A stretch of 63,974 nucleotides of DNA, the filler included, from Guillardia theta CCMP2712 (taxonomy: Eukaryota > Protista > Cryptophyta): NCBI RefSeq assembly GCF_000315625.1. It is 8 parts of 8 records of this genome, joined end to end, with 100 filler letters (N's around TTAATTAATTAA, not from the genome) between each part and the next. Parts side by side here need not be neighbours in the genome. Positions count along the whole stretch, not along the records: positions 11,208 to 30,811 come from NW_005434610.1; 7 more parts are not named here. One strand, 5' to 3'. Under the pieces are notes generated by a model. That model was not told the origin of the DNA. It was given only the letters and a program-made list of their open reading frames with translations, and did not search any database. The first letter of the stretch is position 1. Each line of letters opens with the position of its first letter. The position numbers and the translations under genes are program-made. Below, piece by piece: positions 12,647 to 25,538 of the stretch.

Positions 12647-15600
12647 GCTGCTGCTGCTCTTTGCTCCTGCTCCTGCTCCTGCTCCTCGTTACTGCTCCTG
12701 CTGCTGCTGCTGCTCTTTGCTCCTGCTCCTGCTCCTCTTCCTCCTCCTCCTCCTCTCCTGCTGTACCTCCTCTCCTCCTGCTTCTTCTCCTCTTCTCCTG
12801 CTTCTTCTCCTCTCCTTCTCATCCTAGAGCAGCTGCGAGGCGATCGGCTGCCTCCTCCCCGGGCTCAGCCGCAGGTGAATTTCTGTCGCTCGCATCCTCA
12901 CGGGCTGAGACTCAGCAGGAGGATGGAGAAATTTCTGTGCCGGAAGCACCGAGCCATGGAGAAGAAAAGAGGGGAAAGAGGANNNNNNNNNNNNNNNNNN
13001 NNNNNNNNNNNNNNNNNNNNNNNNNNNNNNNNNNNNNNNNNNNNNNNNNNNNNNNNNNNNNNNNNNNNNNNNNNNNNNNNNNNNNNNNNNNNNNNNNNNN
13101 NNNNNNNNNNNNNNNNNNNNNNNNNNNNNNNNNNNNNNNNNNNNNNNNNNNNNNNNNNNNNNNNNNNNNNNNNNNNNNNNNNNNNNNNNNNNNNNNNNNN
13201 NNNNNNNNNNNNNNNNNNNNNNNNNNNNNNNNNNNNNNNNNNNNNNNNNNNNNNNNNNNNNNNNNNNNNNNNNNNNNNNNNNNNNNNNNNNNNNNNNNNN
13301 NNNNNNNNNNNNNNNNNNNNNNNNNNNNNNNNNNNNNNNNNNNNNNNNNNNNNNNNNNNNNNNNNNNNNNNNNNNNNNNNNNNNNNNNNNNNNNNNNNNN
13401 NNNNNNNNNNNNNNNNNNNNNNNNNNNNNNNNNNNNNNNNNNNNNNNNNNNNNNNNNNNNNNNNNNNNNNNNNNNNNNNNNNNNNNNNNNNNNNNNNNNN
13501 NNNNNNNNNNNNNNNNNNNNNNNNNNNNNNNNNNNNNNNNNNNNNNNNNNNNNNNNNNNNNNNNNNNNNNNNNNNNNNNNNNNNNNNNNNNNNNNNNNNN
13601 NNNNNNNNNNNNNNNNNNNNNNNNNNNNNNNNNNNNNNNNNNNNNNNNNNNNNNNNNNNNNNNNNNNNNNNNNNNNNNNNNNNNNNNNNNNNNNNNNNNN
13701 NNNNNNNNNNNNNNNNNNNNNNNNNNNNNNNNNNNNNNNNNNNNNNNNNNNNNNNNNNNNNNNNNNNNNNNNNNNNNNNNNNNNNNNNNNNNNNNNNNNN
13801 NNNNNNNNNNNNNNNNNNNNNNNNNNNNNNNNNNNNNNNNNNNNNNNNNNNNNNNNNNNNNNNNNNNNNNNNNNNNNNNNNNNNNCCCCTCCTCTCCTCT
13901 CCTCTCCTCTCCTCTCCTCTCCTCTCCTCCTCCAATCCGCTCCTGCCCCCTCTCCCCTCCCCTCCTCCCTTCACCTCTCCTCCTCACCATCTTCAACTTG
14001 TCGTTCTGATGTCTCATGGTACCAACTTGCGTCGTCAGACTTGAGACCTTGGAGTTCAGCTCCTTGATCTACAGCAGCAAGGAAATTCAACCTCTCCTTT
14101 CCCCCTCCCTTCTCCCTCCTCCTTATCCCCCCGCCTTGTCCCCGCCTCTCCCTCCCTATCCCCACCCTCTCCTCCCTCCTCCCTCCCTCCTTCACCCTCC
14201 CCTGACCTTCTGTTCAGGGCTCTGATCCGCCCCATCCTCCTTGGGCTCCTCCCACTTAGACCCGAACGCAAGCGTCGGCTTCCCTCCTCCACCATCCTTG
14301 TTCGCTCCCGCCGGCAGACTCCTCGCATCCATCCCAGCCATGTCCCTTCCTCCCCCAGACTTCTTCACCTCCTCAAGCTCCTCCTGCACCCTGTTCCACA
14401 ACCACTCAGTCCCAGCACAGAGCAGGAGAACTTGGAGTCTGTTCCTCTTCAGCTCTGTCGCCATGCGCCCTGACTTGGCTCGCTCCTTCTCTAGCGCTAC
14501 GTTGAGAGAACGGTTCTTCTTCGCCAGCTCCACGATCTTTCCTGCAGCACAGCTCGGCAACTCTCGCACATGCTCCCCCGCGCTCTTACCATCCTTCATG
14601 TCCTGCGGGACGGAGGAGGAGGCGTTGGAGCTTCTGGGTCGGAAGGAATCCTGAAGGGACGATCAGCAAGGATCCTTGACGCCACGATGTCTCTTCTTCC
14701 TCCTCCTCGTTCTCCTCCTTCTCCTCCTCCTCCTCGTTCTCCTCGTTCTCCTCCTCCTCCTCGTTCTCCTCGTTCTCCTCCTCCTCCTCGTTCTCCTCCT
14801 CCTCCTCCTCCAGCCAAACCACCTCCCTCTCCCCCTCCCCTCTCTGTCTCTCGTCTCTACAATCTCCTTTCTCCCTGCTCCTCACATGTGGCGACGAGCG
14901 AAGATGCTGCAGCTCCCGCTCCTGATCTCTACATATCGATAACAGCTTCGCGTTCTCCTGCAGACAAATCTCAGCATCCCCTTCAACATTCCCTTCCCTC
15001 CCCTCCCTGCCCCCTTCCCTCTCTCCCACCTTCCCCTCCCTCCCCTCCCTCCCTCCTTCTCCTCCCTGACGTTTCTCAGATCCAGCAGTTGTGGCATGAG
15101 GGCAGCAGTCCAGTCGATGCTCTCCTCGCTACAAGGGAACCGTCATCGACGAGTAGGCGAGACTCCCTCTCCTCCTGCCGCACCTTTGCACTGCATGCGC
15201 TCCTTCCAGGCTGTCTCGCTCATTGAATGTGCGCTGCAAGGGGGTGAGGATACAGAGGGAAGGAGGAGGAAAAGGGGAGAGGACGAGGAGAGGACGAGGA
15301 GAGGAAACTTTCTTACGTCTCGCTGGGATCCTGCAGGACACAAGTCAGTTCAATACAACAGCGGGGATGTCGAATGAGAAACATGGGGCGAGGATCATCA
15401 ACGGATCGAGCAGGGAGATTGTTACAGCAGAGGAGGAACAACGAATGGAGGGTAAAGGAGAGAGGAGAGGAAGAATGCATGCGCTTCTCACTAACCAGCT
15501 CCACCAGCTCCCGATCCCAGCAGCTTCCTGTCTGCTGCCATTCCTGGGGCACCACCAGCAGGCGCATGCGCCCTCTCCTCCTCCTCCTTCTCCTCCTCCT

Positions 15601-15679
15601 CCTCCTCATTGTCCTGGTCCCTGATGCTGCTCAGATGCGCCTTCCAGCGCCGCAGCTCCTCCTCCTCCTCCTCCTCCAT
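11341..15679 (-). CDS. CCDC13-like coiled-coil (centriolar satellite/cilia) protein, multi-exon
   Basis: Exons AAGKIVELAKKNRSLNVALEKERAK and ILIAKTDNDDNLIAALQ resemble conserved CCDC13 blocks. Start MEEEEEELRRWK at 15679. Interrupted by gaps. Confidence 0.6.
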
Positions 15680-15843
15680 GGCCGAACTGCTCGGCAGGGT
15701 TGAACTGATCTAAACCATATAGATTTGCCGATTTGAACCGATCAAAACCGGTCATTTGCTCTTTGAGATCGGCTAGAATCGGTTTGAATCGCTGAATCCG
15801 AGTGAGGTAAATGACTAGGTCTATCAAGTCACCCGGCGGTGCC

Positions 15844-16598
15844 ATGGCGGACGGGAGGTGCGGCGTTGGGATCGCGTTCGAGACAAGAGAGGAGGTGAGG
15901 GAGGAGATGAGGGAGGAGATGAGGGAGGAGATGAGGGAGGAGATGCTTGCTACCTTGTCAAGGAGTGGAGATCAGGGATTCTGCCTGTGGCTCTTGCAAG
16001 ACTTGTAGGATCAGATCTGACTCCTTTCTTTCCTTCTCTCCCTCCCCCGCAGCAAAACCTACTCGTCGCCCGCCAGATTGTGCCAGGAGGGAGTGCTCAT
16101 CAGTGCGGCCTGATTCGAGTGCGTTGTTGAACTCCCCTCCCCTCCGCTCCCTGCCCTCTTCTCCTCCGGGCCTCTCTCAACCCCTCCTCTTTATCTCCCC
16201 CCCCCCTCCCCTCCTCTTCTCCTCTCCTCCTCTTTATTTCCCCTCCTCTCCTCCTCTCCTCTTTCTCTCTGCTCCCCTCCCATCCCATCCCATCCCATCC
16301 TCTTCTCTTCCCCTCCTCGTCTCCTTCCCTCCTCTTCCTTGCTTAACTGACCATGAGGCAGGAAGGAGACGTGCTGTATAGCATTGACGACCAAAGAGTC
16401 AAAGGGCGAGTCGCTCTCCTTTTGCTGCTTCGAGCAAGAGAGACTGATGGGTTCACTTAGAGTGCCTGTGGAGAAGGTTGCAAACAGCCTGCTGGGACAA
16501 CAAGGTTATAACAGGAGGAGGAGGTGGAGCAGGAGCAGGAGATGGAGCAGGAGCAGGAGGTGGAGCAGGAGCAGGAGCAGGAGGTGGAGGTGGAGCAA

Positions 16599-16692
<94 letters not shown>

Positions 16693-17527
16693 AGCGGGAG
16701 CGGGAGCAGGAGGGAGGGAAGGAATGCAGGCAGAAGGGAAGGAAGGAAGAAAGCATGAGCAAGTCACCGCAGGGACCATCGTGAAGGTTGGCTTTCAACG
16801 GGAGGAGGCAACGGAGTCAGCGCAGGGTCGCCGTTACAAGACCTACCACGTGCTCCTGGAGAGAAGGCCAGTGAGACTGACGCCGTCGGGGGACGCGAAG
16901 GTTGCGAGGAAGGCTGAGGGATCGGAGGGGAGCGCCGGAGCCTCGCCCCAAGGAGCCAGGAGAGGTACGTGGCCAAGGAGCCATGCTCCCTGCGCACAGC
17001 ATGACCTCGAGCTCTCCTGCAGATGTCAGTTTTGCGTCAAAGGAGGACGTGGTGAAGCTTGGGGGAGCCGTCGAAGCTCTGCAGACTGAGATGAGAGACT
17101 TGAAGGGCCTCGTCATGCACGAGCAGCAGGAGTTGAGGCTCAGGCTGTTCAAGTTGGAAGCGATGCTTAGAGGTCGCGCTCGAGGAGGAGAGAGAGCGAG
17201 AGAGAGCGAGAGAGAGCGAGACAGGGCGTCGAGCGATCGTCTCGCTTCCATCGTCTCACCTCTGACTCTCTGCCAGGCCTGATGAAGGAGAGGGGACAAG
17301 ATGATCCAGGTGAGGGAGCAGCGCTGCCAGCCAAGAGCCTCACTGGGTGATCTCCAGCGAACGTCAATGGCGATGGGGGTGACAGCGAAACAGCTCTCGG
17401 TGACAACCCTGCCTCATCTCACCACCTCGGCAGTGCTCCGCCATCTGACCAGCCTCTCCCCGCAGAGGATCGCTTCAGCATGGCTTCAGTCACCAGCATG
17501 TCGTCTGAGAGGTCGTTCTTTTTGTGA
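15844..17527 (+). CDS. PDZ-domain protein with C-terminal coiled coil
   Basis: Spliced MADGRCGVGIAF..LLVARQIVPGGSAHQCGLIR/EGDVLYSIDDQRVKG/VPVEKVANSLLGQQ/GTIVKVGFQR is a PDZ fold. Ends ..SERSFFL* at 17527. Confidence 0.75.
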
Positions 17528-17847
17528 CGCCCAAGAGCAGGAGCCTTGCCCGACGGAGGTGAAGAGTTGGGACACTCGTGTATGCTGGCAGCACTGATCG
17601 AGTGAGGGGAAGGTGCAACGGCGCAGCGGACGGTGAGCGTGTGAATGGTCGGAAGGCATTCGAACCAACGAAGGTTTTAGTGAATCAAGAATACATTGAG
17701 AAAGAAAAGAAATTGCTCTGCAAGAAGAATACAAGGAAAGAAGGAAACAGAATAACATGCCCAAGAGCAAAGATTGGCATCGTAAGGGAGGGGAATCAAA
17801 GACGTGAATACAAAAAGAATAAAATCAAAACTCTCAAGCTCCGGCCC

Positions 17848-18228
17848 TCAGTAATGGTGCTCGACGGTCCTGCTCAACTTGGGCCTGTACGTCTTCCCCC
17901 TCCTCCCCACGGCACCGACCCGGTCGAACGACTTGCCGTCGCTGCTGACCCCGGAGGAGATGAGCCACGTCTCGACGCTCTCTCCTCCTCGCAGGTGCTG
18001 GCTCAGGCAGGTCATCTGGTTCTCATGACTGTCCAGGTACAAGAGCCCGTCCCCAGCGTCGAAGAGATGGTCCAGGCAAAAGTGTCCCGGCCTCGCAAGG
18101 TTTGACGTTCTCATGCATTCCTCGCACCCCGAGTGTCTAAGAACCAGATGGTTTATCACACCACAGCAGCTCCCGATGTTCGCAAGCACTGCGAGGAGGA
18201 GGAAGAGAAGATTAGATTTGTGCCTCAT
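17848..18228 (-). CDS. Small hypothetical secreted protein
   Basis: ORF with hydrophobic N-terminus (LLFLLLAVLA) and several Cys. No recognisable family. Confidence 0.3.
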   Translation of the reverse strand: MRHKSNLLFLLLAVLANIGSCCGVINHLVLRHSGCEECMRTSNLARPGHFCLDHLFDAGDGLLYLDSHENQMTCLSQHLRGGESVETWLISSGVSSDGKSFDRVGAVGRRGKTYRPKLSRTVEHHY

Positions 18229-18437
18229 GCCCTTGAGCTAACCAAGGCTCAGGTCGTTCACAAGAGTTTGTGATCAGCCCTGCTCTTTCACGAGGCTCCT
18301 CTTACATATAAACGCGTCTGCTCTGTGATTCTGCGCCTTCAAACTCACAGATGGGAGAAACTGGTTCTATGAGAATAAAATCCAATCCAATCGAAGAGAA
18401 CTAGCGAAGATTTAAGAGAGTCCAAAGAAAGTGTTGT

Positions 18438-18468
<31 letters not shown>

Positions 18469-19409
18469 ATTGCTGTGTTTGCCGATGACGACGATACTGA
18501 TGCTGATGCTGATGCTGATACTGATGTTTTTTATGGTGTTGGTGGTAACCGAGATGCTGTTTGCGCTCCTGCCGCTCCTGCCGCTCCTGCGTGTGCGTCC
18601 AGTCCTTTTCCTTGCAACGCTTGCAGCCCTCCCCCTTTAAGTGCTGGGGCTAAAAATCGTAAAACTCATTAAAACTGTAATAGATGTCTAAAAGTATAGT
18701 AAATTTTGAATTCGTGGGGCACGACGGTAGTAAAGGGGGCCAAGAACCCTGAAAGAGATATTTTTCGAATAATCTTCCGGAGATTTCAAAAATGCCATAT
18801 AAAGGTCTCCCTTGTATGCAACCCACCTACCCCACTTTACCGTTTTATTCAAGTACCATACTTGTAATAGTTAAATGTACCCGTACTCATACCACCCTTA
18901 CCCCCCGGGGGCATCACATTCAAATGTATCCCACACCCCCTTCAGCTTGAAACATCACAGTGAAGGGGTCCGTGTGCGTCTCAGATTCGAAAAGAACTGT
19001 TTTCAATAATATCATCAGGTTGAAACATTCAAAAGATATCTTTCAGCGATATCTTCATAATGTAACGGAAATAACGGCTCGGGGCTTACACGAAAGGAGG
19101 ACACACCTATCTTGAACGCATCGTTCCAGCTCTGAGAAGTTGTAACGGAAGTAACGATCCATCTCTCCTGCCGGGCCGCGTGACTGCGGCCATTCTACTC
19201 GTCACCCGGTCACAAGGGCCCGGCCCTCTCTCAGGCTGAGTCGGTTGTACTCGCCTACGGTCACTGAGGGCCTGTAAGGTCATATTACCGGCGGCGTACT
19301 CGGCGACCGGGCCGGTCCCGGCGCCAGGCTCCGGCGCCGCTTACTAGTTACGCTTCGTGACTCAACTTTGAGTAAAGACTCGCCAGTGCGCTTGAGGTCA
19401 TAATGACAG

Positions 19410-21480
19410 TTACGTGTCGGCGTCGGCGCTCCTACTCCGAGGCCCGGCTGAGGCGAGCCTACGTTGCATGTGCAGTGCCATGATGGTGACAAGCATGCGA
19501 TCCATGCTCCTCCTTGTATCCCTCATACAGTCCTGCTGCAACTCTGCTACTAGAACTTCGAGGGGAGCAGGGGAGGGGAGGGGGGAAGGTAAGAGGTCGG
19601 GGAGCACTGAAACTCCCTTGCTCGCTCACTCCTTGTGCGCGTTCACTCGCTGGCTCTGGTGACTGACGTAGGCGTTCCAGAACATGGAAGCTGCGGGACA
19701 TGCAGCAAGGTCAGCTGGTGGCAGAGACAGGAAGGAGATGGAGGAGGGGAGGAGGGGAGAGCCAGGAGCCAACGAGGAGGAGGAAGGTGACATGATGAGG
19801 GCTGAGGAGGAGACTGACCGATCCCGCTGGTCATGGGCCGCAGGCGGAAGGGGATGATGGTGAAGCAGAGGATGTTGTAAAGGGGCCAAGACTTCCAGTC
19901 CATCAACCAAGTCTCCATGAAGCTGCGAGCCAAGTCAGAAGGAGGAGGAGGAGATAGGAGGTAGAAAGAAGAGGAGCTAGGAAGATCTAGGAGCTAGGAG
20001 GAGAGAAGGGGGGGAGGGAGGAGTGGTAACCTGTTCCTGAACTTGTCTTTCCACTGCTCGACGGTGTCACGATCCATGAGGGACCTGCAAGCGGAAGTGA
20101 GAGGAGGGCAAGGAGCACAGGCAGCGGGTCCAGACCACAGGGAGAAGGAAGAGAAGATGGAGAAAGAGCCGTTGATGATCGAGTCGAGGACGATCTTGAC
20201 TGCGATCGGACGAGTCACGAGCAGTAGACGGCATCAGTTCCGGGCTCTCACCGAGCAGCAGACCCCACTCCCCAAGCCACACCGGGAGACCGAAGCCGGT
20301 CGGAGCCTGAGATGCAGTGAGGAGAAGCGAGAGAGCGGGCGAGGAGGAGGAGGAGGAGTAACCTGTGCTGGGAGGAAGGTCTCTACGGCGAGGTACCAGT
20401 AGTAGGGCCAAAGACCAACGTTGATAACACCAACTGCCGAGGAGTGAGGGAAACAGAAACAGCCGCTGCCACAAGGAGAATCACCCAAGCTTGCCTTCGC
20501 TAGTCGCGTCCAGTCCAGGAGAAACTCCTTAGTCCCCTGCAGGCTAAAGGAAAGAGCAAGATCAGAGGAGGAGGATGGAGAGGGATGGGAGCGAGGAGGA
20601 GGAAGAAGCGGAGGAGGAGGAGGAGGAGGAGGAGGACGAGGAGGAGGGTCAGGGAGGAAGGAGGACTTGCAATCACTCACTGCTTGACTACTGCCTGTGA
20701 CACGAGATCTCCTGCGAAGACCAGCCCTGCGAGTCGTTAGCGGGGGAGGGCCCCGCAGCCTCTCGCACCTGCTCCTTGGATGCTGTTGGTGATGAGCGGG
20801 AAGCTGCAGCCGGGAGGTCAGCTGGGGAAGGAGTCGGGGAATCGAGGACCAACCTCTCCACGAGAAGATTTCCTGAGGGAAGCCGGAGGAAGCTGCAGGG
20901 AGAGGATGAGGATGAGGGGAGCGAGCGAGCGGCACGGGACCTGACGATCCCAACATCGAGCGCCGTGATGGCGGTAGCAGCTGCGTACACCTCGGTGGAC
21001 TTCCAGGACCTTCTCTGCAGCTGGAGGGGAGGAAGAGTGAGCTGGAAAGGAGCAGGGAGCGACATGCGGTACCATCTTGAACTTCTTCTTGATGGTCTCA
21101 AACGCCATCGCTGCCAGGCTCAAGGCTCTCGCCACCTGCCGCACGAGCGTGTGAGCGCGAGGAGGAGCGCAGCGCTGGTCGCAGCTCACAACTTGGCTGC
21201 TGCTGCTGCCGGGGCGAGTCAGAGGAGACATCGGAGCCGAAGAGCGAGGTCGTGAAGTCGGAGCCTCTGGCGCATCCCCTGGGGATTGTCGCTGGAAGGG
21301 AGAGGAAGGAGCAGAAGCTCGCGGCTCCGAGGTAGGAGGAGGCTGAACCGGGGCAGCGGGAGGTGGCGGAGCCGCGGCAGGAGGGGGAGGAGGTGGTGGA
21401 GAAGCGGGAGGAAGCGAGTAGTTCTTCGCATATTCCCCTTCCTCGTCAAAGCATGAGCGGCCAAGCAATTTTTTGAACAT
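19410..21480 (-). CDS. Mpv17/PMP22-family membrane protein, multi-exon
   Basis: Exons GLWPYYWYLAVETFLP, PIAVKIVLDSII, WKDKFRN, WKSWPLYNILCFTIIPFRLRP and MFWNAYVS match the Mpv17/PMP22 signature. Pro-rich N-terminus. Confidence 0.8.
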
Positions 21481-21632
21481 CGACTAGGGATCACCGGTGG
21501 TATCTAGGTCATTTTAGGGGGTGTGGCATGCCTCTGGGGTGGTACCGATGGTCAGGAAATGGGTGGCTAAAATGTGGGGGTAATTAAAGGGAAAATGAGG
21601 GGTAGTCGTTGAGAAGAGGGGGTGGAGGGAGC
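21407..21632. repeat. ~226-bp duplicated segment, copy 1
   Basis: Identical to 23209..23434. Confidence 0.9.
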
Positions 21633-23090
21633 NNNNNNNNNNNNNNNNNNNNNNNNNNNNNNNNNNNNNNNNNNNNNNNNNNNNNNNNNNNNNNNNNNNN
21701 NNNNNNNNNNNNNNNNNNNNNNNNNNNNNNNNGGAGGTGGTGGCGGAGCAACGGGAGGAATAGGGAAGGGTCTGAAGGCCCGGCCTGGTTGTGCCCTGCT
21801 GCAGGTTTCACCGTCATCGAGGGGTTGAAAGAGCGAGACCTTGTTGCTTCTCCTCCTCGGGCTGCTGGTTCGCGTGCTCGGGGGCAGCTGGCAGTGGCAG
21901 TGAGAGATCACTCGTCGACTGCGCTGCTAACTCACCGGAAGGAGTTGGGACCTCGGTCTGGATACTCTGCTGAGAGAACATGAGAGAAGAGGAGGCAGGA
22001 GGAGGAGGCAGGAGGAGGTTCAAGGTTGTAGGCATCACCTCAGGAGTTGGACTTGCGCTCGTTTCCTGTGATAAGCAACCAGTCAGGAACGACTTCAACG
22101 TTCCGACGAGGAGGGAGAGGAGAGGAACTGTGGAAGGAGGATGAGACCGGGAAGGGGCAGCATCCACTGGAGTTGAGGAGGGAGGAGGGAAGGTGAAGTT
22201 GGCGAGGTGGAGGAGGGAGCGACGAGGCTGGATGATGGAGGGGGGAGGGAGAGGAAAGTCTCGCAGAGCCGACTTGCCTGAGCCAAGGAAGGGATGCACG
22301 AGGACAAGAGCAACCCAACGAGGAGGAGCCTGACGAGCCTCGAAGAGCAGCGCGACATGTCGGCCGGTTCTGAACCTCGGCAAACAAGAGGCTGGGACAA
22401 GCAGAGTCAGATACGTCAGGGTTCGAGAAAGAGAAGATGAGTCTTGCTGTATGAATGTTGAAGGGGGGGCTCAAAAGAAGAGGGAGAGGATAACAAGAGA
22501 GGTGGGGAGGGGTTAAGAGGCAGTATGCCGATGGTAACAAGAGGAAGACGAGGAGCAGCGATTATGAAGGCGAAGCAGAGGGGATCGATACGACAGGGAT
22601 GCGAGTCTAGGAAGAAAGGAAGAGGAGAAGGCGAAGATAAAGTTGGAAGGAAGCAGCAGCAAAAACAGTATGAGAAATAAGAGCAGACAAAATGTAAGCA
22701 GAAGGAGCATGATCAGCAAGATCCGGAGCAAAGCGCAGTCGTGGCTGCATCAGGTGCACAACAGATGCATGGCAGGATCAGGAGCAGGAGTGGATGGAAA
22801 CCGCAAACAGCAGGAGCAGGAGGATAAGCAGGAGGAGCAGGAGGAGCAGGAGGAGCAGGAGGAGCAGGAGCAGAAAGAGCAGGAGGAGCAGGAGGAGCAG
22901 GAGGAGCAGGAGGAGCAGGAGGAGCAGGAGGAGCAGGAGGAGCAGGAGGAGNNNNNNNNNNNNNNNNNNNNNNNNNNNNNNNNNNNNNNNNNNNNNNNNN
23001 NNNNNNNNNNNNNNNNNNNNNNNNNNNNNNNNNNNNNNNNNNNNNNNNNNNGATAGGAGGAGGAGGAGCAGGAGCAGGAGCAGGAGCAGG

Positions 23091-23138
<48 letters not shown>

Positions 23139-23144
23139 AGCAGG

Positions 23145-23192
<48 letters not shown>

Positions 23193-23208
23193 AGCAGGAG
23201 GAGCAGGA

Positions 23209-23434
23209 GGAGGAAGCGAGTAGTTCTTCGCATATTCCCCTTCCTCGTCAAAGCATGAGCGGCCAAGCAATTTTTTGAACATCGACTAGGGATCACCGGT
23301 GGTATCTAGGTCATTTTAGGGGGTGTGGCATGCCTCTGGGGTGGTACCGATGGTCAGGAAATGGGTGGCTAAAATGTGGGGGTAATTAAAGGGAAAATGA
23401 GGGGTAGTCGTTGAGAAGAGGGGGTGGAGGGAGC
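23209..23434. repeat. ~226-bp duplicated segment, copy 2
   Basis: Identical to 21407..21632. Confidence 0.9.
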
Positions 23435-23815
23435 CGTTGACGATGGTGGAGGGGAGTGGAACTGTGGAAGGGGAAGCGACAGGACAGGCAGGACAGCTGG
23501 CATGCACATGTGGACATGGAACATGAAGACACGAACAGATCAAGGACACAGACAGGATGCAAGATAGCATGTGAGGAGGAAGCAGAAGGTGCAGGAAGTA
23601 CGAGGAAGTCAGTGGCGAGAGCAGGTCTGCCATGTACAGAAGTCTGCTGCGCAGCTTCCTAGGGACAAGCAAGAGGACGAAAACCAAAGATGCAAGTTAT
23701 AAGGATAGGGGTACGGTGAGAGCATGGATCAGCAAGCAAGGGCGTCAGCAGTCTCACCCTTCTTCACAGCGATTGTGTTCGGCGTAAGAGAAATGCTGAC
23801 TTCTGTTGGGTCAGG

Positions 23816-25400
23816 ATGAACACCTACAACCGGTCCAAGGGGATGGACAATCGCATGAACATGCTCTTCAACCAAGAGCTGAACAACGAGGCTCAGTACA
23901 TCAACGCCCATCCTTTCTCGGCCGTCAACATGTCGCTGGTCATCATGCTGCTGGAGCCGTGTGAGACTTTGACCTCTTGAGCAGGGAGGTGAAGTCAGAT
24001 ACATCGCGCCTGTCTGGCCGTGGAATGCACCGAAGTTTCAGGTAGAGATGCTCTTCCTCTCCCTTCCTCTCCCTTCACCTCACCACTCTCTCCTCTTCCC
24101 CCCACTATCTCCCCCTTCACCATTTACACCCATTCATACGATGTCCTGAAAATCCTTCCCACAGGCCATCGACTGGAGGACGCAGCCTCCTCCGAGGAGG
24201 ATACCAGGCAACACCAAGCACGACCCGGTCGCTCCTCTCTGCCAGGCGTGAGGTGCATATTGATACAGACGCAGGGCAAGTTGTACGAGCTGCCAAGAAC
24301 ATGGCAGGAGACCACAGACAGCTGCTGGCAGGACCAACAGAAACCTCCTCCCACCTTCCCTCACACTCGGACGAGCTCCAGCGAGCAGCTTCACCGCGAC
24401 GAGGTCATCATGACAGCTGCAGCATCGCGTGCGAGACTGGAGACAGGGAGGAGCAGCAGGAGGGACCAGGACGAGGCCCCTCCCCTCTCTGACCGCGAGA
24501 ACGTCGAGGCGAACCGACCGGGATCTACTTACGTAGGAAACCCTTGTGTCAACCTCCTGTGACCCCCCGTCTTTGCTCTTGCCTCCTCCCTCCCTCCCTC
24601 CCCTCCCTCCCTCCCTCCCTCCTGATCTCACTGATTCAGAATCAGCAGAGTGAAGAGAGCGGGCAGGAGCGGTCCAACATTGCCGTCTTCCAGCAGGATG
24701 CGATGCAGGCAAATGCTGAGGCTCAGCTGGAAGGAGCCGGGAGGAGCGAAGGCGGCACTGCGCAAGGAAGTCGTCCTCCTTCTCAGTTCACTCGCAGCTC
24801 GCTCTCTACCTCCAGCACGATGCGCTCCCGATCCGAGGCGAGCAAGCATCCTCTTACCCCCGCAGAGAAGTTCAGCCGGCCTCCGACGCATGCCAGCAGC
24901 AGGTCCTCCAGAGCGAGCAGCGTCATGTCCTCCAGAGCGAGCAGCCGGCCTCCCACTCAGAGGAGCGAAGCATCCTCTGCTCACGACCGGCCTCCCTCTC
25001 ACGGCATGAGGAGCTCGCATGGAGGGGAGGAGAGGAGCGCGCAAGCTAGGCCAGTGGAAGCCCTGCGGCTGAACCTTCCGGTCTCTCTGCTGCCAGGGAG
25101 AGAGAGTGAGTCAGGATGCCGGCCGAGCAGGCGCCTTACTTGTTGCAGGTCGAGCTTCCACCCGCCGGTCCACAGGGTCTCGCAACTCCTCCGCCCGCAT
25201 CGCAGCGCAAGGGTGAGCAGACGCTTCTGGAGTCCTGCTTCTGACTCTCCTCAGCGTTCTCAACGGCGAGTGAAGATAGGATCGCAGTCTTCTTCTCGAT
25301 CACTCGGTCTGAACTCGTCGGGCAAGAGAGTCGCTCACCTTGCTGAATCTGAGGATGAGAGCGATGGGAACTCTGTAAATAAGAAGAAGAAACTGGTGGA
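23816..25400 (+). CDS. Hypothetical Ser/Arg-rich protein, multi-exon
   Basis: Coding-like exons (ORFs 24020..24562 and 24544..) separated by GT-AG introns. No family recognised. Confidence 0.4.
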
Positions 25401-25538
25401 GTGGGTGTACAAAGAGACAGGCAAGAAACTTGTTATGGTTATTCGGTACTTTCATGGAAAAATCCCATCGAAACAATATATCATTTCATCAGGTGCTCGA
25501 CTTGATTCATGCGGATATCACGAACTTTGTTCTACATT

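Noticed and set aside
12025-12830. Poly-Leu/Pro/Arg/Glu ORFs (here and throughout the window)
   Set aside because: Translations of intronic (CCT)n, (CTCCT)n and (CCTGCT)n microsatellites.
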